Of a stretch of 64,000 bases of DNA, positions 12,201 through 23,224 are shown one piece after another (the first letter of the stretch is position 1; each line of letters begins with the position of its first letter). The notes under the pieces are model-generated. The model searched no databases. It worked only from the letters and a program-made list of their open reading frames with translations, and was not told the origin of the DNA. The translations under genes and the position numbers were made by a program. Source of the stretch: Fimbriosthenelais zetlandica (taxonomy: Eukaryota). The stretch is taken from assembly GCA_977030845.1 (NCBI GenBank), contig OZ365112.1, positions 17,856,001-17,920,000 of the forward strand. Direction: 5' to 3'.

Positions 12201-15200
12201 AGAATATCTTTTACTTGAGCATCCCAAATTTTACACTTACTCCGAATTTTTGCCTTGTTGGTATATGACACAAACTACATGATATTATCAGAACAGTATT
12301 CGTGCTTAATTGGGGGATGGATATCGGTATTAGTCCACCTGTTTCCTGTTGGTGAATTGGGTACCAATATACTTGTATACTTATATACTCACATATTCTC
12401 ATATATCGTTCCCCTCTTGTATGCCTCGTGTTGAAGACATATTTTATTTACATTACAAGCATGACTTTGTAGAAATTGTAATGCGCCTGCGCTTGGTAAT
12501 GCTCTAGATGGATAAATACCTGGTTAAAATGAGGAAAAATATCAACAATTAACTTTAGTTTAAAACAAATAAAAAGCGTTAATATATTGTAGGGTCAAAG
12601 TCATAACATATATTCTGGTGCTATATCATTATAACATCAGATTCTGTTTTTAATTTGTATTGATGTATGCACATAACGTTAAATTGTGTTAGATTAAAGT
12701 AGAAACCGACGACTTACACTGTGGTCTTTCTTCTGCTGGTGAGCCCTGGCGGACAGATATAACAACGGCAAATAAGAAGGCTGGCCATACGACCTCTAAT
12801 ATCATTACAAACTGAAAAGATAGACAAGAAAATGCCGTTTTACAAAAATGCTATCTTTTGAAATGATAGAAACCTGTTATCAAAATATCATGTCAGAAGA
12901 TCCTATTTCTAAGCACATTTCTTCATTTATTTTTGCAGGGAAATCATGATGCCAGGCCTGCCTTCCTCTTGGAACCTAGAGTATTGCGGGATTCGAGCAG
13001 TGGTGACTTTTGGAAGTAAAACGGCTGATCTGTCTTTTCACCACGACGTCGTCTTTCAAAATATTACAGGTAGGTATTGAACCTTTTAATACTTGTTGAC
13101 ATTGCCACAATTCGTGTTTATGGCAGGGGGAGGAACATTGGCTAGTTTCATGTATAAAGTCCTAGCTAGTTTTTACAATTCTCAACATCTAGTTCTTTCA
13201 GCTATGACGTCATGCTCCGTTAATTTGTATACACTAGCTGAGGATGACACGTCTATACTCTGCTCTGCCTTATTATGTTACAGGAGCACATTTGTATAAA
13301 CCTATATGTGCCACTGTGACATAGACTGTAGGTAACAATACTGTTACATGGTGTTTGTGTCCGAAAGGTATCCTCTGTCAGATGCGCATGACATGTCTAG
13401 CTCTAAGAATAGCCGAAAATGTTAATGGTCTATTTTTTTTCATTTCCCTTTTTTTAAACCTGGATTCTCAATTGTGGTGGCAAACGGTAGGGCTCCTCTA
13501 GCTAGGGCGTTAAAGCGCTAGATCATTAGTTTCTGTCATTGTTTTAGTTGGTTTGACCTCCCTGTAACTGTTCTGTTCTAGTCGGCTTGATTTTATTTCA
13601 CCCTCCTAACTTCTTCTTAGTTTTATATTCTTTAATTAGTAGTGAAATAGTTAATAGCAGGTGCCAGTATTAGGATCATTCACATTATGCCTTTACATTG
13701 GTAGAAAAGTTTGTGGTCAGATTTCACTTACTTTTGTGAATACAATTTTACGGTTTTGAACTTCTTTGGGTTGTTCTGTCCGTATGTCGTGACCATTCTG
13801 GGATTTGGCTAACATGTCTCCAAAATAGAGGGATGTGCCAAACAGATTTTAGTTGTTATTTCTATTTATTTTCCCCGTCATTTTAGTTATTCGTGTGACC
13901 TGCGTTGTAACATATTTTTTTCTGGGGTGTAACTTTTTTGTATGACATTACTACTTTGTTTATTAATAGTTCTGATTGACCTTGACTAAAAGCCTTTCAT
14001 ACACATTTCGATTCATGTTTAACTCTGATCTTTAGAAATGCAGTGTGAGTCTTTTGAGGAAATAAGATTACACTTTCTGTTCAATGTAATTGACAATTAG
14101 GTTGACACTCATTAACCTAGCGCATGTAGCACATCTTATAATTATCATCAATTAACCTGTTCATGCTTCTGTGGAAGCTACATAGAATGTAGTGTTTACA
14201 AGATCATCACGGGCCTTCACTTCTTGCTGGATGAGTAGCCCATGATAATATATGAGGTAACAAGCATGTACCACCCATATTCATTAGTGACAGTAAAATA
14301 TACTGAAATATCTCCATGAGCCAATCTCACAGCTTGAATGATACCACAAAGGTCTACCCCTTTTCTCGACCATATATAAAATAAGTATTGCTCTATGTGG
14401 GAATACGTTCCTAACTCTAAGGTGAATGACTGGCTAATCATCCCATTTTTGTCTTGTGAATTTAGGGTAATTGACAAAACGGATGTCATTAGCATCTGGC
14501 ATGTTTGAAGCAGATTAGAAGGCGGAGATGATGTGATGAAATGTGAATAATACTTGTTACCAAATATGATGTTGGTAGTAATTTGTTACCAATTACGTCT
14601 TGAGTACTTCTTCTCGCCTTTATGTCTTCTTCCATTTTTCCTTATATTTTCTTCTACTTTCCAAATACTACAACTTCTCATCCATTTTCTTGCTATAACT
14701 GCCTTGTCCCTCTTTTCATTCAGATCGTTGTGTATAGTAATCTGTTCATGATATCTATTGACTAAGGTTTCAATTAGTAACATAATCATATCTTTGATTG
14801 GTTCTTTGTTCATGAGTTGTAGATTTCCGATTCTGAACTGAGGCGCACGCTAAATTCTACTGCTTTACTGAAGCGAGGAGTGTATCAGGTTGAGTGAACT
14901 GATAGACTAGCACTAGGGAAGCCATACCTACTGAAGCCTCAATGTATATCTCGATTACCATGCATGATATCTCTGTGATATATTAGATATATTAGACGAT
15001 AGCTCATGATTTCCAGGTGCATTTCGTCCGTAGTACATTTCGTTTTTTACTATCATGTTTTTACACGGGCATCCTTTTTAGATGAAATGCATGTTCATGT
15101 AGCGTCCCATGGACGAGTCACGTAAACCTGTTACCATGGAAATAATTATCACCTGCACAAGTAGGGTATTAACGGGAAGAGGGAGATGGGTATCTAGTAC

Positions 15201-18200
15201 CTCCATTGATAGTTGGGTTAATTACCGTAAAGATGGAATATATATAGCTTACAACCTATATGGCATGAGAAGGGAAATGGAATGGAGAATATAATTGCAT
15301 AATGACTGATAATTTAATCCTTTAATTTGATATACATAAGCCTAGGACTAATCCTACCGATTCCAACTCCCTGATGAGTGCATTTATAATCCCTGCCTTT
15401 ATAATAAAGTGGAAATCAAGGAGGCGTGACTAGTGCTCAAGTATCTATATGTTATTTGTCATTTCAATTTCCCCTCAGACCTAGTATTCTCTTTGCATTC
15501 AAATTCACCAGTACGGCAACATTCCCAATCAGTCCATGAATATATGAGACATTTTCCTTCCTATGTCACACTTATGACTTCGCCTCTTGGAAAGAAACCC
15601 ACGCCCCTGTTCCTAGGGGTCCTGTCTATTTTTCTTGTTCTTAATGTTCCTAGTTTATATTCACCTTTTTCCACTTGATGAAAGTTTCTGAAGGGGGGGG
15701 AGGGGAACTGAAGACCCTCTTTGATCGATATGGGCCAGTGACTGGTACATGGTGTATCATATTATGTCTGACGCAACCCAGAAAAAAACTTGGATTATAC
15801 TGGTTAAACAAATCAGACCCTCAAATAATCGTGACTTGTGCTCCGCAATTTATCCCAAGATCGTAATCCCTGCCATCATGTGGCTTAATTATCGCATCAC
15901 TCCTACATATTTGGCAGCATTCCTACCTTCCTGCCTGACACTAAACATGCGTGCATTTAAGGGTGTTCATACATAGGCCCTACCCAAATGGGAGTTCCTT
16001 TCCTCCCAATCCATTTAGCTCATTTATTGACCTTGAGGCTTGACTCAGCAGAAAAGGTGGGGCGGGGGTTGAACAAACTCGCCCCACCCTATCCTAACTC
16101 TCCAAAACTTTTGGGACCAACTTCTTGGGGAATAGGGAAATGGTCTATAGTCATTGCGCAGATTTTAAAGTCCAGGAAGCTATTTTTCAGCTATCTACGG
16201 ACCGCGACATTGATATATTCTGAATTAAAATGCATGGGCCAACAATGGTTCTTTCCCATGCCTCTCACCATACACTGGTCTAGTAGTTATCAGGGGGCTT
16301 CTCCTGTTAACGTGTTCACATTATCTATTCTCACAGGGCCTCATATTTCTCTATTCATCTTCCTGTGAATATCCCGACTTCTTTATTACGGATCAATCCC
16401 CTTTCAAAATATATAGGGCATATAGATCTGCTTTTTTTTTCACAAAAGTTTTATACTATTTTATATATCTGCTGAGTCACACAAGACAAGTATTTTCTTT
16501 ACCACGACCATGCTGGTTGATGTGTATAACCTTGGAACCACCTCTTACAATGATGATCTAAGTCTCAGCCCAAGGGAAATGATTTAAAGGAAAAATTCTA
16601 TAAGGATTTATATCCTCCCTCTTCCTCCTTTGGGTGTTCTCGATCCCCACCAGAGCGCCCTATTATGTTGGTTATTTGTCCAAAGTTCTTTAATGAAGAC
16701 AAGCTGTTCAATTATGATTTCCTGCCTGAAATTGCTAATTTTACAACTTTATTTCAATAATTAACAGTGTCTTTTTAACATCCGTATTAAAGTAAAGGAA
16801 TCTAACGACACTGTAAGGTCTGATTGCTCGTACCATGCAGTACCTCGCCACAGTCTGTACAACCAATCCTCTAAACTAGCATGACGCCGTCAAATGCAAG
16901 GTGGCAACATGTACAAGCAATGGATTGAATTTATCTCATGTTTCATAACACTAAATCCTCAAGTCATATCTGAGAATTGCGAACGTGAAAGATGAAGATA
17001 AGACATGAAATTCAACTTATTTTATGCTGGATTTTATGGTATATCCATACTTTAACGCAGTATTTGTATAACAGCCTAGATTTCACGCCCTATCTCCCCC
17101 AGTTCTCGAAGTCGATGTTTATATATATGTATATAGACTTCAGTAATTGTGGATTATATATAAGCCACAATTACTGTGGATATATATATATATAATCCAC
17201 AATTGCTGATGTTTTTTACGTTAAAACATTTTTATTTAACAAACAAGTTTCATGATGCAGGAAGCCCGATAAGGGAGACGATTATATCAAAATGTTATCA
17301 AAGAATAGGCGACGCCTAAATACATGCTATAATGCTTTAAAATAGTCACTTGCCAACTCATACCATTTCCGTTCTCTATAATTTACTTCATAATATTGCC
17401 ACTCGGTGTGATGGATGTAAAGGATTGATTAGCATTAGCTTTGAACCACACTGCCCTTAATCAAACCTAAATCTGGACTTTTTTTCTAGGTTCAAGACCT
17501 GTTTATAAATATGTGGGAGGGCGTTTTGTAATATCTATAAATTACACAGTTTGGTTTTCTATACCGATTAACGGGCATTAATTTTGTTGTTATCGGAGAG
17601 AGGGAATTGTGTGTATATCAATATTTTGGCATGCTCTTTGAGATGTTATGGTAGTCACACCCTGCCACTTCATACATGAGGTATGCAGGGCGTCCACTTA
17701 TTCAGGACCTCATTCCAACTATCAATCCTTCTTTATTAGTTTTTAGAAGAGGATCGTCACGATCCACCTATCTCATTAGTCTCTGGGATAAACCCCTGAT
17801 TCTCTCTGTATGGTCAGATAATGCCTGCTACACACTATGATCGCCTCCGGTTCCTTGGCTATTTCTTGTCATACGACTTCAGAAAAAACGCCATCAATTG
17901 AACATGCCCATTAGATTGTCTAAGTGAGTCGCAGAGGCTTGATTTAGGCGGACATTCTGTAGGCTAGTGGTGACACAAAGAGACAGACCAAGGGGTGTGG
18001 GGTGGGGGAGGTGGTGGGTGGAGACCACGACCGCAAAAACGCTCTGGTCGGTTCAAGGCATTATACGTGTGACCCAGCCTACACCCCCGGCCTACACCTG
18101 TAATGAAGGACATGACATTACCTTTAGGGTCTACTATCAATGCCTATATCAGATTGTGGCTCCCTTGAGTACTGTAGCCAATTATCTCGCCACTATTTGC

Positions 18201-21200
18201 CAACTATGCCACGTTGCTGCCGATGTTACTGTTAAGTTCTTGCAGAATCTGACGAAATGTATTTTTCAGCATTATCAAGTCTTTATTATATTTTGTAAGA
18301 CTGGCCTTTTTCTGTTCTACCATTTTTGAAAATTCAAACAAAAATTATACAAGATGTGAAGCTCATTGTAATGGGTTCGAGATTTATAGTTGCTTTCACA
18401 TGCGTATGATGGCTGAGTTCAACCTAATGTTCACATTATCATGCGTTCTTTGGATGTCCCCGATCAGTCATTTTGCCTGATATGTCAGAAGATAGAGGAG
18501 AACAAGCCCATATATCCTTAACATTAAGAGTTGAAATTCAGGTTTGATGGTGAGGTTCATCATACATTTAAACACTGTCCCTAGAAATGGTAAATCACCT
18601 GAGTGAATATATATATGATACACCAATTTTCATTTTCGTTCACTCTGAACTAAATTCTGCTTTTAATTATGAGAAAGTGGTTTCGTAATAATCTGAATTC
18701 GTGACACAAAAAACTGTTTTTCCTGCTTGGATGATGAACTGAGCCAAATCTGTCAATTGTTGGCCTGGTTTACTGGGAGGATTGTGTTGATCATCACTGT
18801 GACTATTACATGCAGTCCAATCTATAATTATAGCAGTATTTTTTGCAGTTTTTTCTTCTTATTTAACCATGCATGACATTGTCGTGTTTACCAGGTACAC
18901 ACAGATTATAGAGAATTGGAAAATTATCCCTACTATTGGAATTGAACTACAGGTTTATTATTTCATTCAGGCAAAGGTTGCATCAAACAGGACATTTTAA
19001 TGCACAATAAATGTCTTGTAGTTGGAGAGACCCACCCAAAAGCCACAACATTTTTTACCTTTTTCTTGGACCTGATGACCTTACCACAAGACTGACCTTA
19101 TAGTCAGAGCTGAGTGATCCAGATAGACCAGGACATATCATGATAATATTCTGGGGAATTCACCTCAGTCGTGAGTGTTTCATGCTTCAATGTCCAGGGC
19201 AACAATGGGTGGGTCAGGTCACTTTTTGAGAGATGTCCGCTTATAGATATCATATGGGTTGTAGCATATTTTCACCAAAGCAATTCAACATTTTGTGATT
19301 GTTTGAGAATCGCAAATGAATCAAATCTAAGTCTGCAACTGGTTCCTGTGTATATAGTGCATATATATGCAATTTCGACTAATTGCGATCGAAATCGCAA
19401 ATCGCAAATGCTGTCACAGGCTAAAATAGCTAGTGGAGATAATGAAGGATAATGAAGGATAATTAAGAGTGCGGTCTGCTCCTGTTGAATGTAGTTAGAG
19501 GAAGTTATGATAGAGGCACATATAAGGTGCATGCAATACGTACAGTTTGGATGTATATCAGTTCCCTCATATCTCAATATTCAACTACTTTCATAATGTC
19601 TTAAGCAGTGAAAAAAGAGCAGACGAAAAAACGTCTCCAATTTGACGTTTGGAAAACTTTCCAAGTCATTCAGCAATCTTGCCAGAGGGTTTAAAACTTG
19701 CTGAATACGTAGATACATCTACGTGTAGGCTGTTATTTATTGGACAGTTTAACTTTCACCTCTAGACTTTTTAATTTTGTCTGTCCCAGAATGTGTCAAT
19801 TGAGTTATTTTACATGCTCATTTAAAACGGCCTACCAAAACAGGAATTCCCACAGCAATTTAGCTTCCTCATCATTAGTAATGGGGATAACTCTACTTTG
19901 TATTTTTACCTTGCGATTCTTGTAATCGTTCATTGCAATTTTATTCGCAGCATGTCGCCCTACGGTTGCGGAGCTATAGACTCACAACAACTAAGGCCCT
20001 GCAGTTGGCTATAACAATATTAACAATTGTTGATACAGTTGCCAAAGAAATGGGCAGCTTCTGATTTATGCAGTTGTTTTGGGAGCGAAATTGCAACGAG
20101 TTATATTTGCGGCAGTTCATCCACCTGCAGATAACTTGCAAGGGCCGCAAGACAATTTGCAAGAGTACAAGCAATGACATCTTAGTTAACCCATAAGAGA
20201 TTTGTTCAACCCTTCTTGTGATCATGGAAGCAGGTCTTGCATGAAGACTTTGATTGGACAATAAGTGGGAGTTACCCGTCATACAAGCCCGTAACTACAC
20301 ACTAAAAGTGAATCCATGCAGTACTCATATCCGCCATCCACCTCTAGCTTCAACGTTAGCGCATTTCTGACCTCTTGTTAACTCAAGTTGAAAGACGAAT
20401 TTGACACTTGAATATTATTGAATGCTCGCACGTTTGTTTCCTTTGAAACGAGAGCCATTGCAGGGTTCTGCCAAAAACCAACGCTTATGCTTTTTAAAAC
20501 GGAGTTCATTAATACAGTAATAGTCCGTTTCTTATATTTGCATGATAATGACGGATGACTTGCCAAGGCTTTGTGTAGAATACTTACTGGTAGCCTTTGT
20601 ATATGCATGCCTGCTTTTATGTACATGAGTCCTCTCTTGAATATGTTTCCATGGAAATGTATAAATGGAAACACTTGTCGAGAACTGATTGAAAAAGTAG
20701 TTGCATATTCACTTGAATACAGTTTAAGCATTCCTAATTATGCAGGAAATGTCTGTGAACGCATGGTTGTGTTCAGGTATTTACTTTTAGTAATTGTCTA
20801 TGTTTTCCTGCAATTTTGATAGTTTTCCCATAACCTAATAGTTAGTACAGTAGTCTAAATTCCCAAAAGTCACGTAAGTTGATTATTATTTACTTTCATC
20901 AAATAATCGCTAATTTAAAAGTTGTTTTCTAAAATTGACCTACCGGACGACCTCGCCGCCTGTACCAGAAGTTCTTGTTGAACACCACCCAGAACTGCCT
21001 TGTAACATTCGTCATTTTGAAATATCTATTTTTGTCCACATTTAAATCCAAATGTCTTCACCATTAAAGTGTTTTTTAAATTGTAGCGTGAGTCCTCTGC
21101 TTCAACAGACAATCCTGTCCCGTGTGAGTGCATGTAAAGACTGGCCTCAAAGATCCAGTCTACTTCCCATCGCTATGCCTTTCCTGTGAGTTAGGAGCGC

Positions 21201-21816
21201 CGTGGGCAAATGTATTGTGTGCTTTTCCTGAGCCCGAAGACTTCTTTAGGGTGAACTAAGGAGAGTGTAGTGGAATTTCTAACGTACATTTCCCGTATTT
21301 GTAGCCTAGAATTCCATGTTACTATGGCATTAACTGTCTTTGTGGATATTGCTCTGGGCGCGCGTTTCCTCAATATCCCCACCCCGCCTTTCCTCCTCTC
21401 GATTTATGGTTCCCACCCTCACCAGCGCCACACTTGCAGAGCCACCTACCGTCTGACAAACTGCCCCTACATACAGCATTCTAACACCCACTCCCACTAA
21501 TGAATATAAGTGCATGTCATTATGTATAGATGCATTATCATATGAAGTGTCCCCATAGATGGAAATTTTTAGCTTCAGTCTTAATCTGACCGATTTATAA
21601 GTGTAGGAATAAATTTATGATGAATATTACAAGGGCTTTAGATCATTGCGTTACAGGTGATGTTTGGCTTGAGTAGGTATGTAGGACGGACATTTTCTAG
21701 AAAGTTCAAGGTTTAGCACTAGATAAGCCAGTGAGGGCGCCACTTACCGTGCTTCTCTTTCGCCTAAGGAACTTTTGCCAGAGCATTAGGCGAAATTGCG
21801 ATTGACGTTTTACCAT
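84..21816 (-). CDS. ABCA-subfamily full transporter (ABCA1/4/7/12/13-like), 5' half: TM1, greatly expanded ECD1, TM2-6, NBD1; 35 coding exons, gene continues beyond position 1
   Basis: All 35 exons have GT-AG ends with matching phases and give one open frame of about 1,807 codons. Motifs: N-terminal [16 protein letters not shown] (ABCA QLxLLLWKN-type), LEVVWP, RALPSAG, FLKPL, FPYPCY, Walker [21 protein letters not shown], signature [11 protein letters not shown], Walker B/D-loop [12 protein letters not shown]. Exact orthology cannot be resolved without a tree. Confidence 0.95.
478..561 (-). CDS. ABCA exon 34: [14 protein letters not shown]
   Basis: 84 nt, phase 2->2; T..EH..FYAR.K motif. Confidence 0.93.
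777..908 (-). CDS. ABCA exon 33: [21 protein letters not shown]...[12 protein letters not shown]
   Basis: 132 nt, phase 2->2; Q-loop. Confidence 0.95.
1093..1264 (-). CDS. ABCA exon 32 (NBD1 start, Walker [10 protein letters not shown])
   Basis: 172 nt, phase 1->2. Confidence 0.95.
1337..1390. repeat. 27-bp tandem duplication in an ABCA intron
   Basis: AAAACTTCATTCAACTGTTAGAAG(T/C)AG x2. Confidence 0.9.
2511..2585 (-). CDS. Possible additional or cassette ABCA exon: [25 protein letters not shown]
   Basis: 75 nt, phase 1->1, open and frame-preserving; good donor CAG|GTAGGC but weak acceptor GATTGTGTGGTAG. Confidence 0.35.
2907..3044 (-). CDS. ABCA exon 31: [19 protein letters not shown]
   Basis: 138 nt, phase 1->1; G..GIP.PWYFP motif. 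Confidence 0.93.
3156..3354 (-). CDS. ABCA exon 30 (exocytoplasmic helices, TM6)
   Basis: 199 nt, phase 0->1; AFCFG...G.G..W; [11 protein letters not shown]...FPG. Confidence 0.93.
3510..3654 (-). CDS. ABCA exon 29 (TM5)
   Basis: 145 nt, phase 2->0. Confidence 0.9.
3755..4051. mobile_element. Possible small non-autonomous element in an ABCA intron; related sequence at 11231-11315
   Basis: GGATGTCATAGGACTGGCACAGG on the left, CCTGTGCCA on the right, internal palindrome GGACAGGTTCT-G-AGAACCTGTCC (3991-4013); 11231-11315 shares GGATGTCAT and ACCTGTGCC. Confidence 0.35.
3798..3815. repeat. C18 homopolymer
   Basis: Read directly. Confidence 0.9.
4089..4279 (-). CDS. ABCA exon 28 (TM3/TM4)
   Basis: 191 nt, phase 0->2; M..MG...SDP motifs. 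Confidence 0.92.
4421..4535 (-). CDS. ABCA exon 27 (TM2, V.EKE motif)
   Basis: 115 nt, phase 2->0. Confidence 0.92.
4639..4815 (-). CDS. ABCA exon 26: [16 protein letters not shown]...QAFPYPCY
   Basis: 177 nt, phase 2->2; GF..LQD..DRA and FPYPCY motifs. Confidence 0.93.
4926..5058 (-). CDS. ABCA exon 25: ...[11 protein letters not shown]
   Basis: 133 nt, phase 1->2; YKIRM motif. Confidence 0.9.
5219..5301 (-). CDS. ABCA exon 24: [16 protein letters not shown]...LLAG
   Basis: 83 nt, phase 2->1. Confidence 0.88.
5430..5596 (-). CDS. ABCA exon 23
   Basis: 167 nt, phase 0->2. Confidence 0.87.
5711..5845 (-). CDS. ABCA exon 22
   Basis: 135 nt, phase 0->0. Confidence 0.87.
5961..6103 (-). CDS. 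ABCA exon 21: DTFCADLY...[20 protein letters not shown]
   Basis: 143 nt, phase 1->0; conserved ABCA LKPL.G.ILY.P.TP motif. Confidence 0.93.
6219..6422 (-). CDS. ABCA exon 20: [10 protein letters not shown] plus acidic tract
   Basis: 204 nt, phase 1->1. Confidence 0.85.
6544..6688 (-). CDS. ABCA exon 19
   Basis: 145 nt, phase 0->1. Confidence 0.85.
6796..6999 (-). CDS. ABCA exon 18 (repeat 4, exon B): ...GAVCGPA...STLCSLEK
   Basis: 204 nt, phase 0->0, two Cys. Confidence 0.88.
7138..7256 (-). CDS. ABCA exon 17 (repeat 4, exon A): [18 protein letters not shown]...
   Basis: 119 nt, phase 1->0. Confidence 0.88.
7498..7625 (-). CDS. ABCA exon 16 (repeat 3, exon D)
   Basis: 128 nt, phase 2->1. 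Confidence 0.85.
7769..7974 (-). CDS. ABCA exon 15 (repeat 3, exon C)
   Basis: 206 nt, phase 0->2. Confidence 0.87.
8122..8340 (-). CDS. ABCA exon 14 (repeat 3, exon B): ...ASTLCSGGS...QDDLCKRN
   Basis: 219 nt, phase 0->0, two Cys. Confidence 0.88.
8579..8703 (-). CDS. ABCA exon 13 (repeat 3, exon A): [15 protein letters not shown]...
   Basis: 125 nt, phase 1->0. Confidence 0.87.
8823..8935 (-). CDS. ABCA exon 12 (repeat 2, exon D)
   Basis: 113 nt, phase 2->1. Confidence 0.85.
9038..9252 (-). CDS. ABCA exon 11 (repeat 2, exon C)
   Basis: 215 nt, phase 0->2. Confidence 0.85.
9414..9626 (-). CDS. ABCA exon 10 (repeat 2, exon B): ...LQLTCEDPG...AVICDED
   Basis: 213 nt, phase 0->0, two Cys. 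Confidence 0.88.
9762..9877 (-). CDS. ABCA exon 9 (repeat 2, exon A): [14 protein letters not shown]...
   Basis: 116 nt, phase 1->0. Confidence 0.85.
10068..10222 (-). CDS. ABCA exon 8 (repeat 1, exon D)
   Basis: 155 nt, phase 2->1. Confidence 0.85.
10372..10565 (-). CDS. ABCA exon 7 (repeat 1, exon C)
   Basis: 194 nt, phase 0->2. Confidence 0.88.
10718..10936 (-). CDS. ABCA exon 6 (repeat 1, exon B): [22 protein letters not shown]...EFCNLD
   Basis: 219 nt, phase 0->0, two Cys. Confidence 0.88.
11563..11696 (-). CDS. ABCA exon 5 (ECD1 repeat 1, exon A): [21 protein letters not shown]...
   Basis: 134 nt, phase 1->0. Confidence 0.88.
11817..12028 (-). CDS. ABCA exon 4 (ECD1)
   Basis: 212 nt, phase 2->1, CAACAG acceptor, GTAATT donor. 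Confidence 0.85.
12072..12157. repeat. Short degenerate tandem repeat (TAACATTCATT / TAGCATTCATTT) in an ABCA intron
   Basis: Four or five copies of the ACATTCATT/GCATTCATT core. Confidence 0.6.
12393..12519 (-). CDS. ABCA exon 3: [28 protein letters not shown]...
   Basis: 127 nt, phase 1->2; conserved RALPSAG..QS..CN motif. Confidence 0.92.
12718..12811 (-). CDS. ABCA exon 2 (TM1): [31 protein letters not shown]
   Basis: TTTTCAG acceptor, GTAAGT donor, 94 nt, phase 0->1. Confidence 0.92.
21748..21816 (-). CDS. ABCA coding exon 1 (start): [23 protein letters not shown]
   Basis: ATG at 21816-21814; donor ACG|GTAAGT, phase 0; matches the ABCA N-terminal motif; too short for the ORF track. 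Confidence 0.9.
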
Positions 21817-21840
21817 CTTGGGTTGCTTCTAAGGGAACCC
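21817..21840 (-). other. 5'UTR part of ABCA coding exon 1, preceded by a splice acceptor (implies an unlocated upstream non-coding exon)
   Basis: Minus strand reads ATTCTTTTCATTTCCAG|GGTTCCCTTAGAAGCAACCCAAG-ATG. Confidence 0.65.
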
Positions 21841-23030
21841 TGGAAATGAAAAGAATATTGTCAAAAAGGATTGAAAGACCTCGGGTATGTTATGGTTGCT
21901 CGACATCGTTAATCGTGCAAAGGGAGTGGGCGATAAAGGTAAATGATAAAGGTAAAATATTAATAATTTGCAGACTTGGTCGTTTCTGCGCATATATCCA
22001 ATCTCGCGTGGGCCATTGGCCTTTTAATGTCTTCTTTTATTCGGTATTTTTCGCTGCACACTATTTGAAATTCTAAATGAATTGAATATAATGTATACAG
22101 TTTGAAAATTACACAATGTATTATGTAAATGCACTTTATACGCAATTGTTATATGTCAGAATATATACAGTTCATCTATAAAAATGGATTTCCCCGAAAT
22201 CTTTTTATATATAATTCCCTTCCGTGTCTCTTTAGATAACTATTTCCATACACAGCTAAATATGTAGGACCGTGTTAAGCCTGTCCTTTACTCATATATA
22301 TCATGTCCAATATGTGCCGGAGTTAGACCATCCTGTATACCGGGGTAAGCCTCTCATTTTGATGATCAATGAAGTGTTTAATGACATACCTTACAACAAT
22401 AGCCATAGGACATTTCTAATAGGAAATTAATTAAAAATTTTTTACTCATATAGCATGACCAATAAATTACCTGGTGTGTAACCATTTATAGCTAGCGGGA
22501 AGCTTTAAAGCTCTGTAAATCCACCAATCCGCGTACTTAATTTCTTTCTTTGTACATTACCTAACACTCATACATATGTTCCCATCATACACATGTCCAG
22601 ACAAGCCAGATTCAGGTGGGAGAAATTTTGATTTTTAATCATTTAGCTTATATAATTATATATGCCGTTCCATATGGCATATCTCTTCTAGACAGACATT
22701 ACGACATTTGTATTAGTTTTTTTTAACTTTTACTATTATTTTCTTTATTTTGACATAATGTAAACATGCATGTAGTATACCATAGTACTCGTATCATGAA
22801 TTGCATTTTATATATTAAGTGCCACTCCGTTGTCGTCTCTAGCCTGCCGTTTTATGGGAATCATAAATCTACATTATCTTATTAACACATCAAGGTGGCA
22901 GCAATCAGACAGCATACCTCGAGCCACCTGAGGATATTCCTATATAATTATATAGATATATCTCTCATTCTGAAGCACGAGTGGCATCGTATACAGTTGT
23001 TCATGTAAAACCATATTTTCTAAGATTTCG

Positions 23031-23066
23031 CAGGGTTACCACAGGTCAGGGAAAAATCAGGGAATT
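23031..23066 (+). mobile_element. Probable DNA-transposon terminus fragment
   Basis: CAGGGTTACCACAGGTCAGGGAAAAATCAGGGAA resembles the CAGGGTT-type ends with CAGGGAA subrepeats seen in animal non-autonomous DNA transposons; no partner end found. Confidence 0.35.
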
Positions 23067-23224
23067 GTGTGATTCGTCATGGAAAATGGAAATTTCTGGT
23101 AACAGTAGGGGAATTCGGGCATCCCAACATTGTGGCAAATCTGATGTAGTAAATTTTGAATCTCAGCATAGACAGGTGTTTGTTAACCTAGCAAGTCACC
23201 CGTACCCCTCTTACTCGCATCCCT

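Noticed and set aside
14217-14830. Possible Myb/SANT-like ORF of a Harbinger element ([12 protein letters not shown]...RKW)
   Set aside because: The resemblance is vague, needs frameshifts, and no transposase motif or terminal repeat was recognised.
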